Positions 30,356 through 39,730 of a stretch of DNA of 64,000 nucleotides are shown here, piece after piece. The translations under genes and the position numbers were made by a program. The notes beneath the pieces were generated by a model. The model did no database searches. It saw only the letters and a list, made by a program, of their open reading frames with translations, and had not been told where the DNA came from. Each line of letters starts with the position of its first letter. The stretch's first letter is position 1. Source of the stretch: an uncultured Actinomycetes bacterium (GTDB lineage: Bacteria > Actinomycetota > Thermoleophilia > Gaiellales > JAICJC01); assembly GCA_963709425.1 (NCBI GenBank), contig CAVPWG010000005.1:216030-280029 (forward strand). Direction: 5' to 3'.

Positions 30356-30381
30356 GCGGTTCAATGAGCTACTTGAACCGC
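30356..30381 (-). terminator. Hairpin downstream of csbD-like gene
   Basis: GCGGTTCAA-tgagctac-TTGAACCGC, a 9-bp stem about 50 nt after the stop at 30430. No U-tract. Confidence 0.3.
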
Positions 30382-30429
30382 CGCGGGTCCTGGCGGACCT
30401 CACGCTGCAGCCGCGGTCTTCGGCGGGTG

Positions 30430-30600
30430 CTAGTCGCGACCGAGAGCCTTCTTCCCTGCATCCTTCAGTTCCTCGATGCCATGCTTCGCCTTGCCCTTTG
30501 CGTCTTGGGCTTCGCCTTCCTGCTTCAGACGCTGATCGCGAGAGACCGTGCCGGCCCCCTCCTTGAGCTTGCCTTCGACTCTGTCGGTCTTGTCACCCAT
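30430..30600 (-). CDS. CsbD-family general stress protein
   Basis: MGDKTDRVEGKLKEGAGTVSRDQRLKQEGEAQDAKGKAKHGIEELKDAGKK is a 56-aa CsbD pattern. ATG at 30600 preceded by AGGAGGAG. Confidence 0.85.
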   Translation of the reverse strand: MGDKTDRVEGKLKEGAGTVSRDQRLKQEGEAQDAKGKAKHGIEELKDAGKKALGRD

Positions 30601-31401
30601 CGAACTCCTCCTGTTGTGGGGCCTAGTCGGCCGGGGTAGCCACAGACGCGCCATCGTGGCGACCTCGTCGACCACCACGCAACAGCGTCCATCTGCATTA
30701 CGGTCGCGGATTCCGACTGCGTCGGCGCCGCGCTACTCCCGGGCCCTAGGTAGGCGCGACCAATAACATGTCCGCGCGTGCCCGCCGAGAAGCTCGACCG
30801 TGTCTACACCTGTACCCCCGCCACCATCCCCCCAAACCGCCGCATCAACCTCTTCGCCTAACGCCGCCACCCTCGACCGGCAAGCCTGTGCGGCCGGGTA
30901 GCCCCGTTTTCCTCGGCCCGGTTGACGGGTGATGATCCGATCGGGGTACTAAGGGAGACCGTATGGTCTTCCCGCGAATGCCAACGTCGCCGGTTGGGCC
31001 CGCCGCTCACTCCAATGGCGGGCGGGCCCGGCCAGCGTTGGCCTCGAACCACGTTGGAAGCCGCCGGCTGAAGGTGCTCGATCGCCGCGGCCCCTAGCAA
31101 CCAAGTTCCGGCCATCACTCGGCTACGTAGCACCGGCGACCGTTCAAGATCTCAACGGCGTGGGTCCCCTTTGGGCTAGCCTCGGCTCCACGTCGTCACG
31201 CGTCCGCGGGCGACGATCCCGCGGCCCAAAGTTGGCTTGACAGGAGCCTTCCGACACGCAATTATTTTTGTCGGTCAAGCAGTGGCCAGCGCGTCGGGAA
31301 CCCGTCCGGCGATTCGCGCTGGACTGGGTGCAGAGCCGATCCGCATGCGACCGGCCTTCCCGACGCACCGAATTCAAACGGTGCCTAGGGAAGGAGGATC
31401 T

Positions 31402-31776
31402 GTGTACAGCGGAACCATCGAACTGCGACGGCTGGACGGTGTATGGGTTTTGGCCCTGCACGGTGAGCACGACCTGTCGACGCTCCCGAGTCTTCGCCGC
31501 GAACTCGACGATGCGCTCGACAGCGCGGCGGCGATCGTGGTCGACCTTTCTCATGCCGAGTTTATCGACAGCACAGTCCTCGGCAGTCTTGCCCGGGCCC
31601 ACGACTCGACATCAGAGCGCGACCTCCAATTCGCAGTAGTCGCGCCCGCTGGGAGCTTCGCCCGCCAACTGCTCGACCTGGTCAATCTCTCCGAACCGAT
31701 GGGGGTACACGAGACGCGGGCGAACGCAATCGCGAACGTCGCCGACGACGATCTTCTCCGAGAGGCTGCCAGCTAG
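31402..31776 (+). CDS. STAS-domain anti-sigma-factor antagonist (RsbV/SpoIIAA-like)
   Basis: GTG at 31402 after GAAGGAGG. LALHGEHDLSTLPSLRRELDDAL...VVDLSHAEFIDSTVLGSL matches the STAS fold pattern (the FIDS segment carries the phosphorylatable Ser position). Confidence 0.75.
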   Translation: MYSGTIELRRLDGVWVLALHGEHDLSTLPSLRRELDDALDSAAAIVVDLSHAEFIDSTVLGSLARAHDSTSERDLQFAVVAPAGSFARQLLDLVNLSEPMGVHETRANAIANVADDDLLREAAS

Positions 31777-31922
31777 AAAGGACGTCGCAGTGGAGAGCTG
31801 GTGGCGGGGTCTGCCTCCCGCCCCTGGATCGGGTTACTCGCAGCCCCTAAGATACGGGCCAGGGCCGCTCCTCGGTCTCGGTGGCGGGGTTGCGACTAGG
31901 GGCCCTCGGGAAGGATACGCGC

Positions 31923-32246
31923 ATGTCTTCGAATGGCAGAGCACGCCTCGATCGGGCTGAGAAGAATGAGGAGGCGTTCAAGGCTCATAACGAGCGGCGC
32001 GCAGCGATCGAAGAAGCGGGCCATGTGCCTGAGGATGAGCCGGTCCCATTCGCGTGCGAGTGTGACGATGCCGAGTGTGCCACGGCGATTGAGCTGCCGC
32101 TCGGCGAGTACGAGCGGGCCGTGACACCCGTCGACCGTTTTGTGGTTGCCCCCGGCCATGAAGATCAATCTGTCGAGGTCGTCGTTGAGCGGCGCGACAC
32201 GTATCTTGTCGTCTCCAAGCCGGATCTCAAGCGGCGACGTGGTTGA
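31923..32246 (+). CDS. Hypothetical small protein (CxC...C motif)
   Basis: ATG 31923 after GGAAGGA. 107 aa, PFACECDDAECAT cluster. Lies between the STAS and RsbW-like genes. Confidence 0.4.
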   Translation: MSSNGRARLDRAEKNEEAFKAHNERRAAIEEAGHVPEDEPVPFACECDDAECATAIELPLGEYERAVTPVDRFVVAPGHEDQSVEVVVERRDTYLVVSKPDLKRRRG

Positions 32247-32383
32247 GCCGGAAAGAGCACGACGTTTGGGTCGCCGTTCTTCGTCGATCGCGTCTAGCGG
32301 AGATGCCGCCGTCCAAGAGTAGGCGGTGATCGCTGCCACAGGCGAGTGCTACGGAGCCGCGAAGCAGGGTATACGCCTCTCTG

Positions 32384-32830
32384 GTGACGTCGACGATTCT
32401 CAGCCGGCGGTGGCCCGCGACTGCGAGATCGCTGCCCGACGCCAGACACGCCACCACCGACGCACTTACGCAGGCTGGCGTCGTCAACGATCAGCTGCTC
32501 GCTGCGATCGTTCTCGCCATGAGCGAAGCCTTCGGAAACGCAGTCCGTCACGCCTACCCAGACGCTGTCGGTGATGTCGACCTGACGATCGACTACGACG
32601 ACCGGGACGTCAGCATCAGGGTTTCCGACACGGGTGTTGGGATCGATTGTCCAACCCCAGAACCTGGCCTCGGCTTGGGTCTGCAACTGATCGGCGCCCT
32701 CACGACCACATGGAAGATCGACTCCGACGCCACCGCAACGACGCTCACCATGCGCTTCAACTCGAACCCCGAACCGCCGCCGTCACCCGAACACACCTCG
32801 GACGTCCACGACCCCGAGACGCCGGTCTAG
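32384..32830 (+). CDS. Anti-sigma regulatory factor, serine kinase (RsbW/SpoIIAB-like HATPase)
   Basis: N-box AMSEAFGNAVRHAY, G1 VSDTGVGI, G2 GLGLGLQLIGAL. Confidence 0.75.
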   Translation: MTSTILSRRWPATARSLPDARHATTDALTQAGVVNDQLLAAIVLAMSEAFGNAVRHAYPDAVGDVDLTIDYDDRDVSIRVSDTGVGIDCPTPEPGLGLGLQLIGALTTTWKIDSDATATTLTMRFNSNPEPPPSPEHTSDVHDPETPV

Positions 32831-33224
32831 CCAAGGCGTTCACTGCCCAGACTCCGATCGTCATAGGAGGCGTCTTAGAACGACGGTTCGCACAGCCGCC
32901 ACCTGGGCATTCGTAGGGCGTGAGCGACGATCAGATACGGCGGGCCGACGACACGACCGCAAAACCCGTCCCACAGCCGGCGAGGGGGTCAGAGGTCGTT
33001 CCTGTCGTCTCGGATCGGAACTCGAACCTCCAGATTGGTGGCACCATCATCACCTTCCACGCGCGGCGCCCGCGGAAGACCCTCTAGGCGAGACCCCCCT
33101 CCTCGAACTGAGGTTACTGACCAGGGGAGGCCGGGATGGGATTCCAGCCGCAACAGATGCATAATCGGATACCCCGTGGTCCGTGGATCTCGATCCCATA
33201 TGGCCACGCTGCCGCGAAGCTTGC

Positions 33225-33722
33225 CTACCGCTCGATCATCTGCCGGTAGGTCATCACCTCGGGTCCGCCGGCATCGAAGATCTGGCCGATGGCGGCGTGG
33301 TTTCCCGCGACGCCCGCCAGGTAGCGCGCGACGTCGTCGACGGCGATCGGCTGGGTCGGGGTCGAGACCCAACTCGGAGTGATCATCACCGGCAGCCTCT
33401 TCACCAGTCCGAGGATCGTCTCGAAGGCGGCGCTGCCCTCGCCGATCACGATCGCTGCGCGCAGGGTCGTCACGGGCACGCCGTCCGCCGCCAGGCGCTC
33501 TCCAGTCTCGCGCCGGCTGCGGAGGTGCGCGGAGGTGGACGGGTCGTCCCCGCCGAGGCCGCCGAGGTACACGATCTGCTTCACACCCGCTCGGGCGGCG
33601 CCTCTGGAGACGTTCGCCGCAGCCCGCCGGTCCTGCTGCTCGAAGTCACGCGCGCCGAGCGAGTGGACGAGGTAGTAGACGACGTCCGCACCCTCCAGAG
33701 CACCGAAGACGGCGACCGTCAC
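33225..33722 (-). pseudogene. NAD(P)H-binding (NmrA/atypical SDR) gene fragment lacking the Rossmann N-terminus and the C-terminal part
   Basis: Begins ...ALEGADVVYYLVHSLG and ends ...GPEVMTYRQMIER*. The GxxGxxG region is missing and the GTG at 33722 overlaps the preceding stop (GTGA). Confidence 0.5.
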
Positions 33723-34242
33723 CGCGGAGGCTCGCCGTCGAGTAGCTCGAAGTAGCGCCGGCTCACGGCCGCATGGAATGGCTGCTGGCCCTTCGCGTAG
33801 AGGATGCCAGCCCACGGCGGAGACCCGCCGCGCGGAGCAAGTCTCGGCAGATAGCCTTCGACAGTGACGCTCAACTCGTACTCCCCGGCGCTCGGCCGTT
33901 GCCGCAAACGCAACCCAACCGCCCGCCCGCAGCGCTAACAAGCCGCCCTCAATCCCGTAGCGGCACAAGACTTCGCCGTCACCGACGCCGAACTGCGGGC
34001 GGCCGAAGCGAAACAGCACGGCTCCACCCAGAAGCCTGTGCGTCCGCCCACGCCGGTCCAACTCGCCCGCACGCCGCCACGAGTTACAGTTCGACGGCCT
34101 TCCAGTAGGTCACGCCCAACCATCTGGCCCCCGCCTCCGAGGCGTCGACCCTGGCCTCGGAGAACACCACGCGCTGGCACGACTCGAACGCGCCGTCCGC
34201 AAGCACGCGATCGGTGGTGTGCCAACCGCGAAGGCCGCTCAC
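33719..34242 (-). pseudogene. Hypothetical protein readable only across three frames
   Basis: Three pieces: VSGLRGWHTTDRVLADG...WLGVTYWKAVEL*, then ...LLGGAVLFRFGRPQFGVGDGEVLCRYGIEGGLLALRAGGWVAF, then ...EYELSVTVEGYLPRLAPRGGSPPWAGILYAKGQQPFHAAVSRRYFELL. Family not recognised. Confidence 0.35.
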
Positions 34243-34250
34243 CGCGACTG

Positions 34251-34448
34251 TTAACGCTCGACGATCGTCGTGCCGGCCCGCCGGCCCGCCGACACCATCC
34301 AGACCAGCGAGAAGACCAGCCCGAGCGCCCCGGCGATCATGAGCACATCCCCGACGATGTTCCAGTTGATGTGCGCCGTGTGCAGGGTGACCGCAAACCG
34401 GAGAATCGCCCCAGCCGCGATCAGGATGATGGCGGTTCCAACGCCCAT
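34251..34448 (-). CDS. DUF6458-family small membrane protein
   Basis: MGVGTAIILIAAGAILRFAV...NWNIVGDVLMIAGALGLVFSLVWM: two TM helices, the typical DUF6458 pattern. Confidence 0.7.
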   Translation of the reverse strand: MGVGTAIILIAAGAILRFAVTLHTAHINWNIVGDVLMIAGALGLVFSLVWMVSAGRRAGTTIVER

Positions 34449-34455
34449 GTCTGCC

Positions 34456-34539
34456 CTAGACCCGACGGCCGGCCACGTTGCGCCAGATGAACAGCGCCAG
34501 CGCAATGATCGCAAGAATGACCAGAATTTCGATGAGCAT
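34456..34539 (-). CDS. 27-aa hydrophobic micro-ORF (MLIEILVILAIIALALFIWRNVAGRRV)
   Basis: Below the ORF-track cutoff and translated by hand. ATG preceded by GAAGAAGGGG; stop lies 7 nt before the DUF6458 start; single TM with a basic tail. Confidence 0.35.
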   Translation of the reverse strand: MLIEILVILAIIALALFIWRNVAGRRV

Positions 34540-34689
34540 GAGTTCCCCTTCTTCGGGGTGGCTGAGCGGCTAGCTCGCGTTCGCTAACCGCCCATCGCGA
34601 CGATTGTCGCCCGAAGTGGATACCCATTCCGCTGCGACCCTAACCGCGCACGGCGCACCAGCTACGGGCCCGGTTCGGAGCGCCGGCGG

Positions 34690-36153
34690 TTGGGGTACGT
34701 CATCCGGATGCGTGCCCCTTCCGCGATGGACCGTGTCGATCGAGCGATTGGACGCAGTGTCACTACGGCGGTGCGGGCCAAGCATCGGCGTCGGTTGGCT
34801 CGTGTGAGCAATCCCGTACTTGATGCGCCGCCCGGCGGCTGGGCGGTGGATGGGCCGCCTCCGCGTTCGGGAAATCTCCTCCGCGTACTGATCGACGGCG
34901 AGGAGGCGCTCACCGAGGTCGTGGATGAGCTTCGGGGCGCCCGGTCGCATGTGCATCTGACCGGGTGGTTCATGTCCCCGGACTTCGTGTTACGTGACGC
35001 TGGGCGTCCAGTCGTCTTGCGGTCGTTGCTGGCCGAGGTGGCGAGGCGCGTCGACGTGCGCGTGCTCCTGTGGGCGGGTGCGCCGCTTCCCGTCTTTCGG
35101 CCATCCCGCCGAACCGTGCGCCGGGTGCGTGACGAATTCCGGCAGGCTGCCCCGATTCAGTGCGCTCTCGACGCACGCGAACGGCCGCTTCATTGCCATC
35201 ACGAAAAGACGATCGTTGTCGACGATCGAGTGGCGTTCGTCGGCGGCATCGACCTGACGAGCTTCGGCGGCAATCGCCGCGACAGCAGTGACCATCCGGC
35301 GCGGGCCCAGCTCGGGTGGCATGACGCTACTGCTCGCCTCGAGGGGCCTGCCGTCGGGGACGTGGCTGCCCATTTTCGGATGCGCTGGAGCTCGGTCACT
35401 GGACAGCGGATCGCAGTTGGCGCTCCGCCAGCCGCGGCGGGATCAAGCACGGTGCAGTTCGTTCGGACGATTCCCGAGCAGATCTATCCCGGGTGCCGGC
35501 GGGGATCGTTCGGGATTCTCGAGTCGTACCTTCGAACCCTGCGAGGAGCCCAACGCCTGGTGTATATCGAGTCGCAGTACCTATGGTCGCCGGAGATCGT
35601 GCGAGTGCTGGCCGCGAAGCTGCGACACCCGCCGAATGACCGGTTCAGGATCGTGCTCGTGCTTCCGGGCAAGCCGAAGGGTGGAGGCGATGACACCCGC
35701 GGCGCCCTGGCCGAGCTGGTCGACGCGGACGACGGCGCTGGTCGAGTGCTGGCGTGCTGCTTGAAAGCGCGTTCCGGCCCGGCCACCGACCCGATCTATG
35801 TGCACGCAAAGCTCGCAATCGTGGACGACTCTCGACTGATCATCGGCTCCGCCAACCTGAACGACCATTCGCTGTTCAATGACACCGAGGCGTGCCTCGT
35901 CACCGACGACCGCGACCTGGCCAGAATGACCAGGCACCGCCTCTGGGCTGAGCACCTCGAATCCGACATCGACGATGTGTCGGGCGATCCGACGGATCTC
36001 GTCGACCACCGCTGGCGGCCGATCGCCCAGGCACAGCTGGAGCGGCGCCGGTCGGGACTGGCACTCGATCACCGGCTGATGCTCCTAGACCACGTCTCAC
36101 GCAGGTCGGACAGACTGCGCGGCCCGCTTCAGGGTCTCATCGTTGACGGTTAG
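34690..36153 (+). CDS. Phospholipase D / cardiolipin-synthase-like protein (two HKD motifs)
   Basis: HCHHEKTIVVDDRVAFVGGIDL and YVHAKLAIVDDSRLIIGSANLNDHS are two HxK(x)4D(x)6G(S/G)xN motifs. Confidence 0.85.
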   Translation: MGYVIRMRAPSAMDRVDRAIGRSVTTAVRAKHRRRLARVSNPVLDAPPGGWAVDGPPPRSGNLLRVLIDGEEALTEVVDELRGARSHVHLTGWFMSPDFVLRDAGRPVVLRSLLAEVARRVDVRVLLWAGAPLPVFRPSRRTVRRVRDEFRQAAPIQCALDARERPLHCHHEKTIVVDDRVAFVGGIDLTSFGGNRRDSSDHPARAQLGWHDATARLEGPAVGDVAAHFRMRWSSVTGQRIAVGAPPAAAGSSTVQFVRTIPEQIYPGCRRGSFGILESYLRTLRGAQRLVYIESQYLWSPEIVRVLAAKLRHPPNDRFRIVLVLPGKPKGGGDDTRGALAELVDADDGAGRVLACCLKARSGPATDPIYVHAKLAIVDDSRLIIGSANLNDHSLFNDTEACLVTDDRDLARMTRHRLWAEHLESDIDDVSGDPTDLVDHRWRPIAQAQLERRRSGLALDHRLMLLDHVSRRSDRLRGPLQGLIVDG

Positions 36154-36455
36154 CGCACACGACCGCCGGCCCTGCAGGGTCATGCGCTTGCGCCTAGCAT
36201 GTCGAATGCGACCTCGTCGACATCGCACCAGCTCCAGTACGCGCCGGTCCAGGCCGAGCGGAGCTCGGCGCATATGCGCAGCTGCGCTCGCGCGGATATC
36301 ATTGATGTCGCCTTTGGCCCGGTCGGTCTTGCCCTCCGCCCGGCGTTTGTCGTCGTCGGCCAAGTCGCCTTGGGCTTGCCCCTTGTATGTGAAGGCCCTG
36401 GGCCGGCTGGGCCGTCGCCCTTCGCATGGGCGCACGTCGAGAGCCGAGGTGGCTT

Positions 36456-36719
36456 CTAGTCGCGGACGGTGATCTGTGAGCCGATGTGAAGGACGCGCTT
36501 CCAGGGGATGATGTCGTGGTTGTGGGTCTTGGCTTGGTTTGGCCCGCCGCGGCTATCGGTGGCGATGCCGTAGCGTTCGAGTAGGCCTAACTCGCCGGCG
36601 ACGAGGCCGGTCACGGTTAGGCTTTGTCCGACGATTTGGCCGCGGATGTCGTGTACGTGGCCTAGGGTCCGGCCGGACTGGGTGACGACTTTTCGGTTGA
36701 GGAGCTGGGACAGGCGCAT
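36456..36719 (-). CDS. PRC-barrel domain protein
   Basis: LLNRKVVTQSGRTLGHVHDIRGQIVGQSLTVTGLV...IIPWKRV is the PRC-barrel pattern. Its start shares one nt with the preceding stop (TGATG). Confidence 0.7.
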   Translation of the reverse strand: MRLSQLLNRKVVTQSGRTLGHVHDIRGQIVGQSLTVTGLVAGELGLLERYGIATDSRGGPNQAKTHNHDIIPWKRVLHIGSQITVRD

Positions 36720-37063
36720 CAGGATCCTGGGAGCCTCCCGACACGGGCGCCCCAGCGGTCGTCACCGCGGTTCAGGCGCAGTTCCGACGCTGGACGCTTG
36801 AGGGTCACGACGGATGAGACGGAGGTGACTTCGGGCCATGGCACGTGGACGGCATTTCCTGAGAGGCGGGCTGCGAGGCGGCCGAGGCGGCCGCGGGAGT
36901 GCCAGGCGTTGCCGCCGACGAGGATCTCCGCGACTTCGGGGGAGTCGCCGTTGAGACCGGTGATCTCGAGGTCGTCGACCTTGCCGCAGTTGTTGCCGTC
37001 GCTGTCGACGAGTTGGTGGTCGAGGATGCCGAGGGCGAGGTCGACGTCAGTGATCTGGGTCAT
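36719..37063 (-). CDS. PRC-barrel domain protein
   Basis: MTQITDVDLALGILDHQLVDSDGNNCGKVDDLEI...; ATG 37063 overlaps the Nramp stop (ATGA). Confidence 0.65.
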   Translation of the reverse strand: MTQITDVDLALGILDHQLVDSDGNNCGKVDDLEITGLNGDSPEVAEILVGGNAWHSRGRLGRLAARLSGNAVHVPWPEVTSVSSVVTLKRPASELRLNRGDDRWGARVGRLPGS

Positions 37064-38295
37064 CCTTGGCCTCCGTGGGTGAGCAGCATCAGGGGTATGG
37101 CGGAGACAGCGATCAGGAGGATGACCACGAAGTAGAGGATGCCGAGGGTGTTCGCCAGCCTTCCGTTCACGTTGGGGCCCATGTAGCTCGGGTCGTTCGC
37201 GACGAGGAGGATGGGTAGGTAGGTCAGGGGCAGGGCGACGACCGAGAAGATGACCGAGTATTCGGTCAGCTTTACCGGGTCGTACCCGGTCATGACCACT
37301 GCCATGGCGAGACCGAAGATCGCGATCCATGCGAGGGTGAAGCGGGCGGCTCCAGCGGGTCGTTCCTTTTTGCCCCACTTCCAGCCGAAGAACTGGGCGA
37401 GGTTGTAGGCGCCGGAGAAGGACGTCTCGATGGCTGCGCCGCCGACGGCGAAGAGGATGCCGACCAGTGCCAGCAGCAGGCCGACCTGACCCAAGACGTG
37501 CTCGGCGGCGAGGGGTGGCGTGCCGAGAAACGCGGGCGAGATGCCCCGTGGCAGGAACAAGACCGCCGCGACGATCATCAATGAGAGAGACAGGAAGCCG
37601 CCGAGACCGTATCCGATCATCGTCGTCACCTTGTTCAGCCCGAGCTCCTGAAGTCCCCAGCCGTCCTCGACGGCTCCCGAGGAGTAGAAGTAGACCTCAT
37701 ACGGAGTCATCGCTGCTCCGAGCAGCCCGACCACGAAGTACAGGTACACCATGAGGCTGCCACCGGAGTGCGCCCCGGGCACAAACCCGCGGCCGACCTG
37801 GCCCCAGTCGGGGTGCAGCTTGATCGCGGCCACGGCGAAGACGAGCAGACCAAGACCGAGATACCCGAAGATCCGCTCGATCCACTCGAACGGCAGAATC
37901 CAAGAGCAGAGCACGAGGCCCGCGATCGCAATCAGGATCAAGTAGCGGTACGGAAGACCCGACAGCAGCTGGAGGCAGATGGCGATCCCGCCGACCTCCG
38001 CGGCACACGTCATCAGGTTCACTACTTCGGATGCGACGAGAGTCGTTAGTCCGGCACCGAACCCGGCCCGCTCGCGGACCAGGTCGAACACCGGCCGCTT
38101 TGCGACCGCCGAGACGCGTCCACACATCTCCGAGTAGACGATGATCCCGACCACGCCGACCACGACCACCCACAGCAGCTGGAAGCCGAAGGTCGCTCCC
38201 GCCTGCATATTGAACACGAGATCGCCGATGTCGACGAACCCGCCGATCGCCGACAGGATGCCGAGCGCGACGGCAAGCACGTTCTTCAAGCTCAT
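37060..38295 (-). CDS. Nramp-family divalent metal cation transporter
   Basis: 411 aa, about 11 TM spans. N-terminal GGFVDIGDLVFNMQAGATFGFQLLWVVVVG corresponds to the Nramp DPGN/GA-FG-LLW region. Confidence 0.85.
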   Translation of the reverse strand: MSLKNVLAVALGILSAIGGFVDIGDLVFNMQAGATFGFQLLWVVVVGVVGIIVYSEMCGRVSAVAKRPVFDLVRERAGFGAGLTTLVASEVVNLMTCAAEVGGIAICLQLLSGLPYRYLILIAIAGLVLCSWILPFEWIERIFGYLGLGLLVFAVAAIKLHPDWGQVGRGFVPGAHSGGSLMVYLYFVVGLLGAAMTPYEVYFYSSGAVEDGWGLQELGLNKVTTMIGYGLGGFLSLSLMIVAAVLFLPRGISPAFLGTPPLAAEHVLGQVGLLLALVGILFAVGGAAIETSFSGAYNLAQFFGWKWGKKERPAGAARFTLAWIAIFGLAMAVVMTGYDPVKLTEYSVIFSVVALPLTYLPILLVANDPSYMGPNVNGRLANTLGILYFVVILLIAVSAIPLMLLTHGGQG

Positions 38296-38730
38296 GTAAG
38301 CGACCGGCCGAGCGCCTCGATCCGCAAAGCCGCCACCTCGAGACGACGACTAAGCGCACGATCCTCGGCTCCCGACGCGTCACGGATGCGATCGAGGTAC
38401 GAGGTGACTTGTGTCGCGAGCACCGCGAGCCGGCGCCGCTTTGGATCGAGGGATGCCGTAGTCGTGGCCGCCTCTAGGGACATCGCGGTCTGCGAGGCGG
38501 CGCCGCCCAGCTCGGTGGAATGCTCGTCCGAAAAGGTGCGCGTCGTCCTGCTCAACGCGGCGTCCTCCGCCAGCAGCGCACCCTCGGCAGCTACCGACTG
38601 CAGCGACTTCGCCTGCTGCGAAAGCGCGCCCGCATCCAACTCCCCGCCACCGCCGCACCCAGTAACGAACGCTACGGCGACCCCCAAGGCCAGAATCCGC
38701 CGTACACTCGTATTCGCCCAAACCAGACAT
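38292..38730 (-). pseudogene. Lipoprotein, start frame offset by one nt
   Basis: Lipobox RRILALGVAVAFVTGCGGG has no in-frame start. ATG 38730 (other frame) reads MSGLGEYE and joins after a 1-nt correction near 38705. Stop overlaps the Nramp ATG (ATGA). Confidence 0.5.
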
Positions 38731-38808
38731 CCGTCATTCCACGCTGCCTGCTTGCGGGAACCCGAGGGCCAGCCGACGCTACCGGCCCCTCCCCTCGGCC
38801 CAGCCACC

Positions 38809-39312
38809 CTACGAGAACGCGCGCTTCGCAGCGTCGATCCGGAACGGTTCGAGCCTTTCTCGCTGATCCACAGCACGTTGGATCAATGCATCCAGGTCGA
38901 CACCCAAGCCGCGGGGAACAACCTTCAGAGCCCGCCAACCGGCCGGTTTTCCGTCGACGCCCAATGCCAGCGTCTCCGTCTCCATCAGACGGCTCAGGTG
39001 TTCGCTGCCGGTGACCCGATGGTCAAACTTAATCTTGCTGGCCTTCTCGAGCAGCCAGCCGCCTGCCACCTTTATCGCGCTGGGTGAGACCTCAAGCGCT
39101 TCCATCACCTGCTCGAGCGCAGCTCGATCCGCCTCAACGTCTAACTCCAACTCGGCAAGGCAAGCGCCAAACTCACCGTCACCGTTCGTCGAGCGAAGCT
39201 TGGCAATGAGTTCGATCGCAGCCGCGGAACCTGCGAAATGGTCGGTCAGGTATGCGCCTAATGGCGTTGAAACGGACACGCGGCTCAAGGTACCCCGCAC
39301 CCCGCACACCAA
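38809..39312 (-). CDS. Hypothetical protein
   Basis: 167-aa ORF with good third-position GC. No family recognised (LGAYLTDHFAGSAAAIELIAKL...). Confidence 0.45.
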   Translation of the reverse strand: MVCGVRGTLSRVSVSTPLGAYLTDHFAGSAAAIELIAKLRSTNGDGEFGACLAELELDVEADRAALEQVMEALEVSPSAIKVAGGWLLEKASKIKFDHRVTGSEHLSRLMETETLALGVDGKPAGWRALKVVPRGLGVDLDALIQRAVDQRERLEPFRIDAAKRAFS

Positions 39313-39372
39313 AACGAGCGAGCGGCACGGCTTCCTCTTGGCCGCCCAGCACGATGGGCGGAGGCCGCCGCC

Positions 39373-39669
39373 ATGCTCGAGGTTGAGGATCCCGAAACCG
39401 ACGCGCTGCGCGGAAAGATCCTAGCTCGCAGCGGTGAACTTGAGCAAGGCGAGCGCATCACGAGGCGTGCCGTCGAGCGTCTCAAGACCTCCGACTACCT
39501 GGACACACGAGCCAAAGCCTCCATGGATCTAGCCGCCGTGCTCCGCCTCGCCCAACGGTTCACCGAAGCCGCCGCTGCCATCACCAACGCCATTCGTCTC
39601 TACGAGCAAAAGGGAAACACAGTCTCCGCCAAAACCGCTCGTGACCTGCTGCGAACACGAACACCCTGA
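39373..39669 (+). pseudogene. Isolated C-terminal TPR fragment of a cyclase/ATPase/TPR-type regulator
   Basis: Ends ...AITNAIRLYEQKGNTVSAKTARDLL, the usual C-terminal tail of large AAA-TPR regulators. No upstream ATPase part. Confidence 0.45.
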
Positions 39670-39730
39670 AGATGCCCCGGGCGTCTCCCCCTGATCCGCG
39701 CACTCGGTCCCCCCGATATCACCTCCGCGG

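Noticed and set aside
31237-31265. Sigma-70-like promoter TTGACA-N17-AATTAT upstream of the STAS gene
   Set aside because: The -10 hexamer matches only weakly, and housekeeping promoters in high-GC actinobacteria rarely show a canonical -35. Not supportable without TSS data.
32989-33224. Possible DUF2867-like continuation of the NmrA fragment (HLLRLESHPGLPWSVTSV)
   Set aside because: The similarity is too short and vague. The expected linker motifs between the NAD-binding and DUF2867 domains are absent.
36097-36435. CsbD-like stretch (KGQAQGDLADDDKRRAEGKTDRAKGDINDI) in a minus-strand ORF overlapping the PLD 3' end
   Set aside because: No sensible start or stop for a ~60-aa CsbD protein, and the rest of the ORF is Arg-rich nonsense. 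It may be a decayed fragment.
39699-39722. CGCACTCGGTCC (11/12 identical to the left insertion junction 49319..49330) followed by CCGATATCAC (identical to part of repeat copy 3)
   Set aside because: Matches this short are expected by chance in 64 kb of GC-rich DNA. The full 26-mer is not present.
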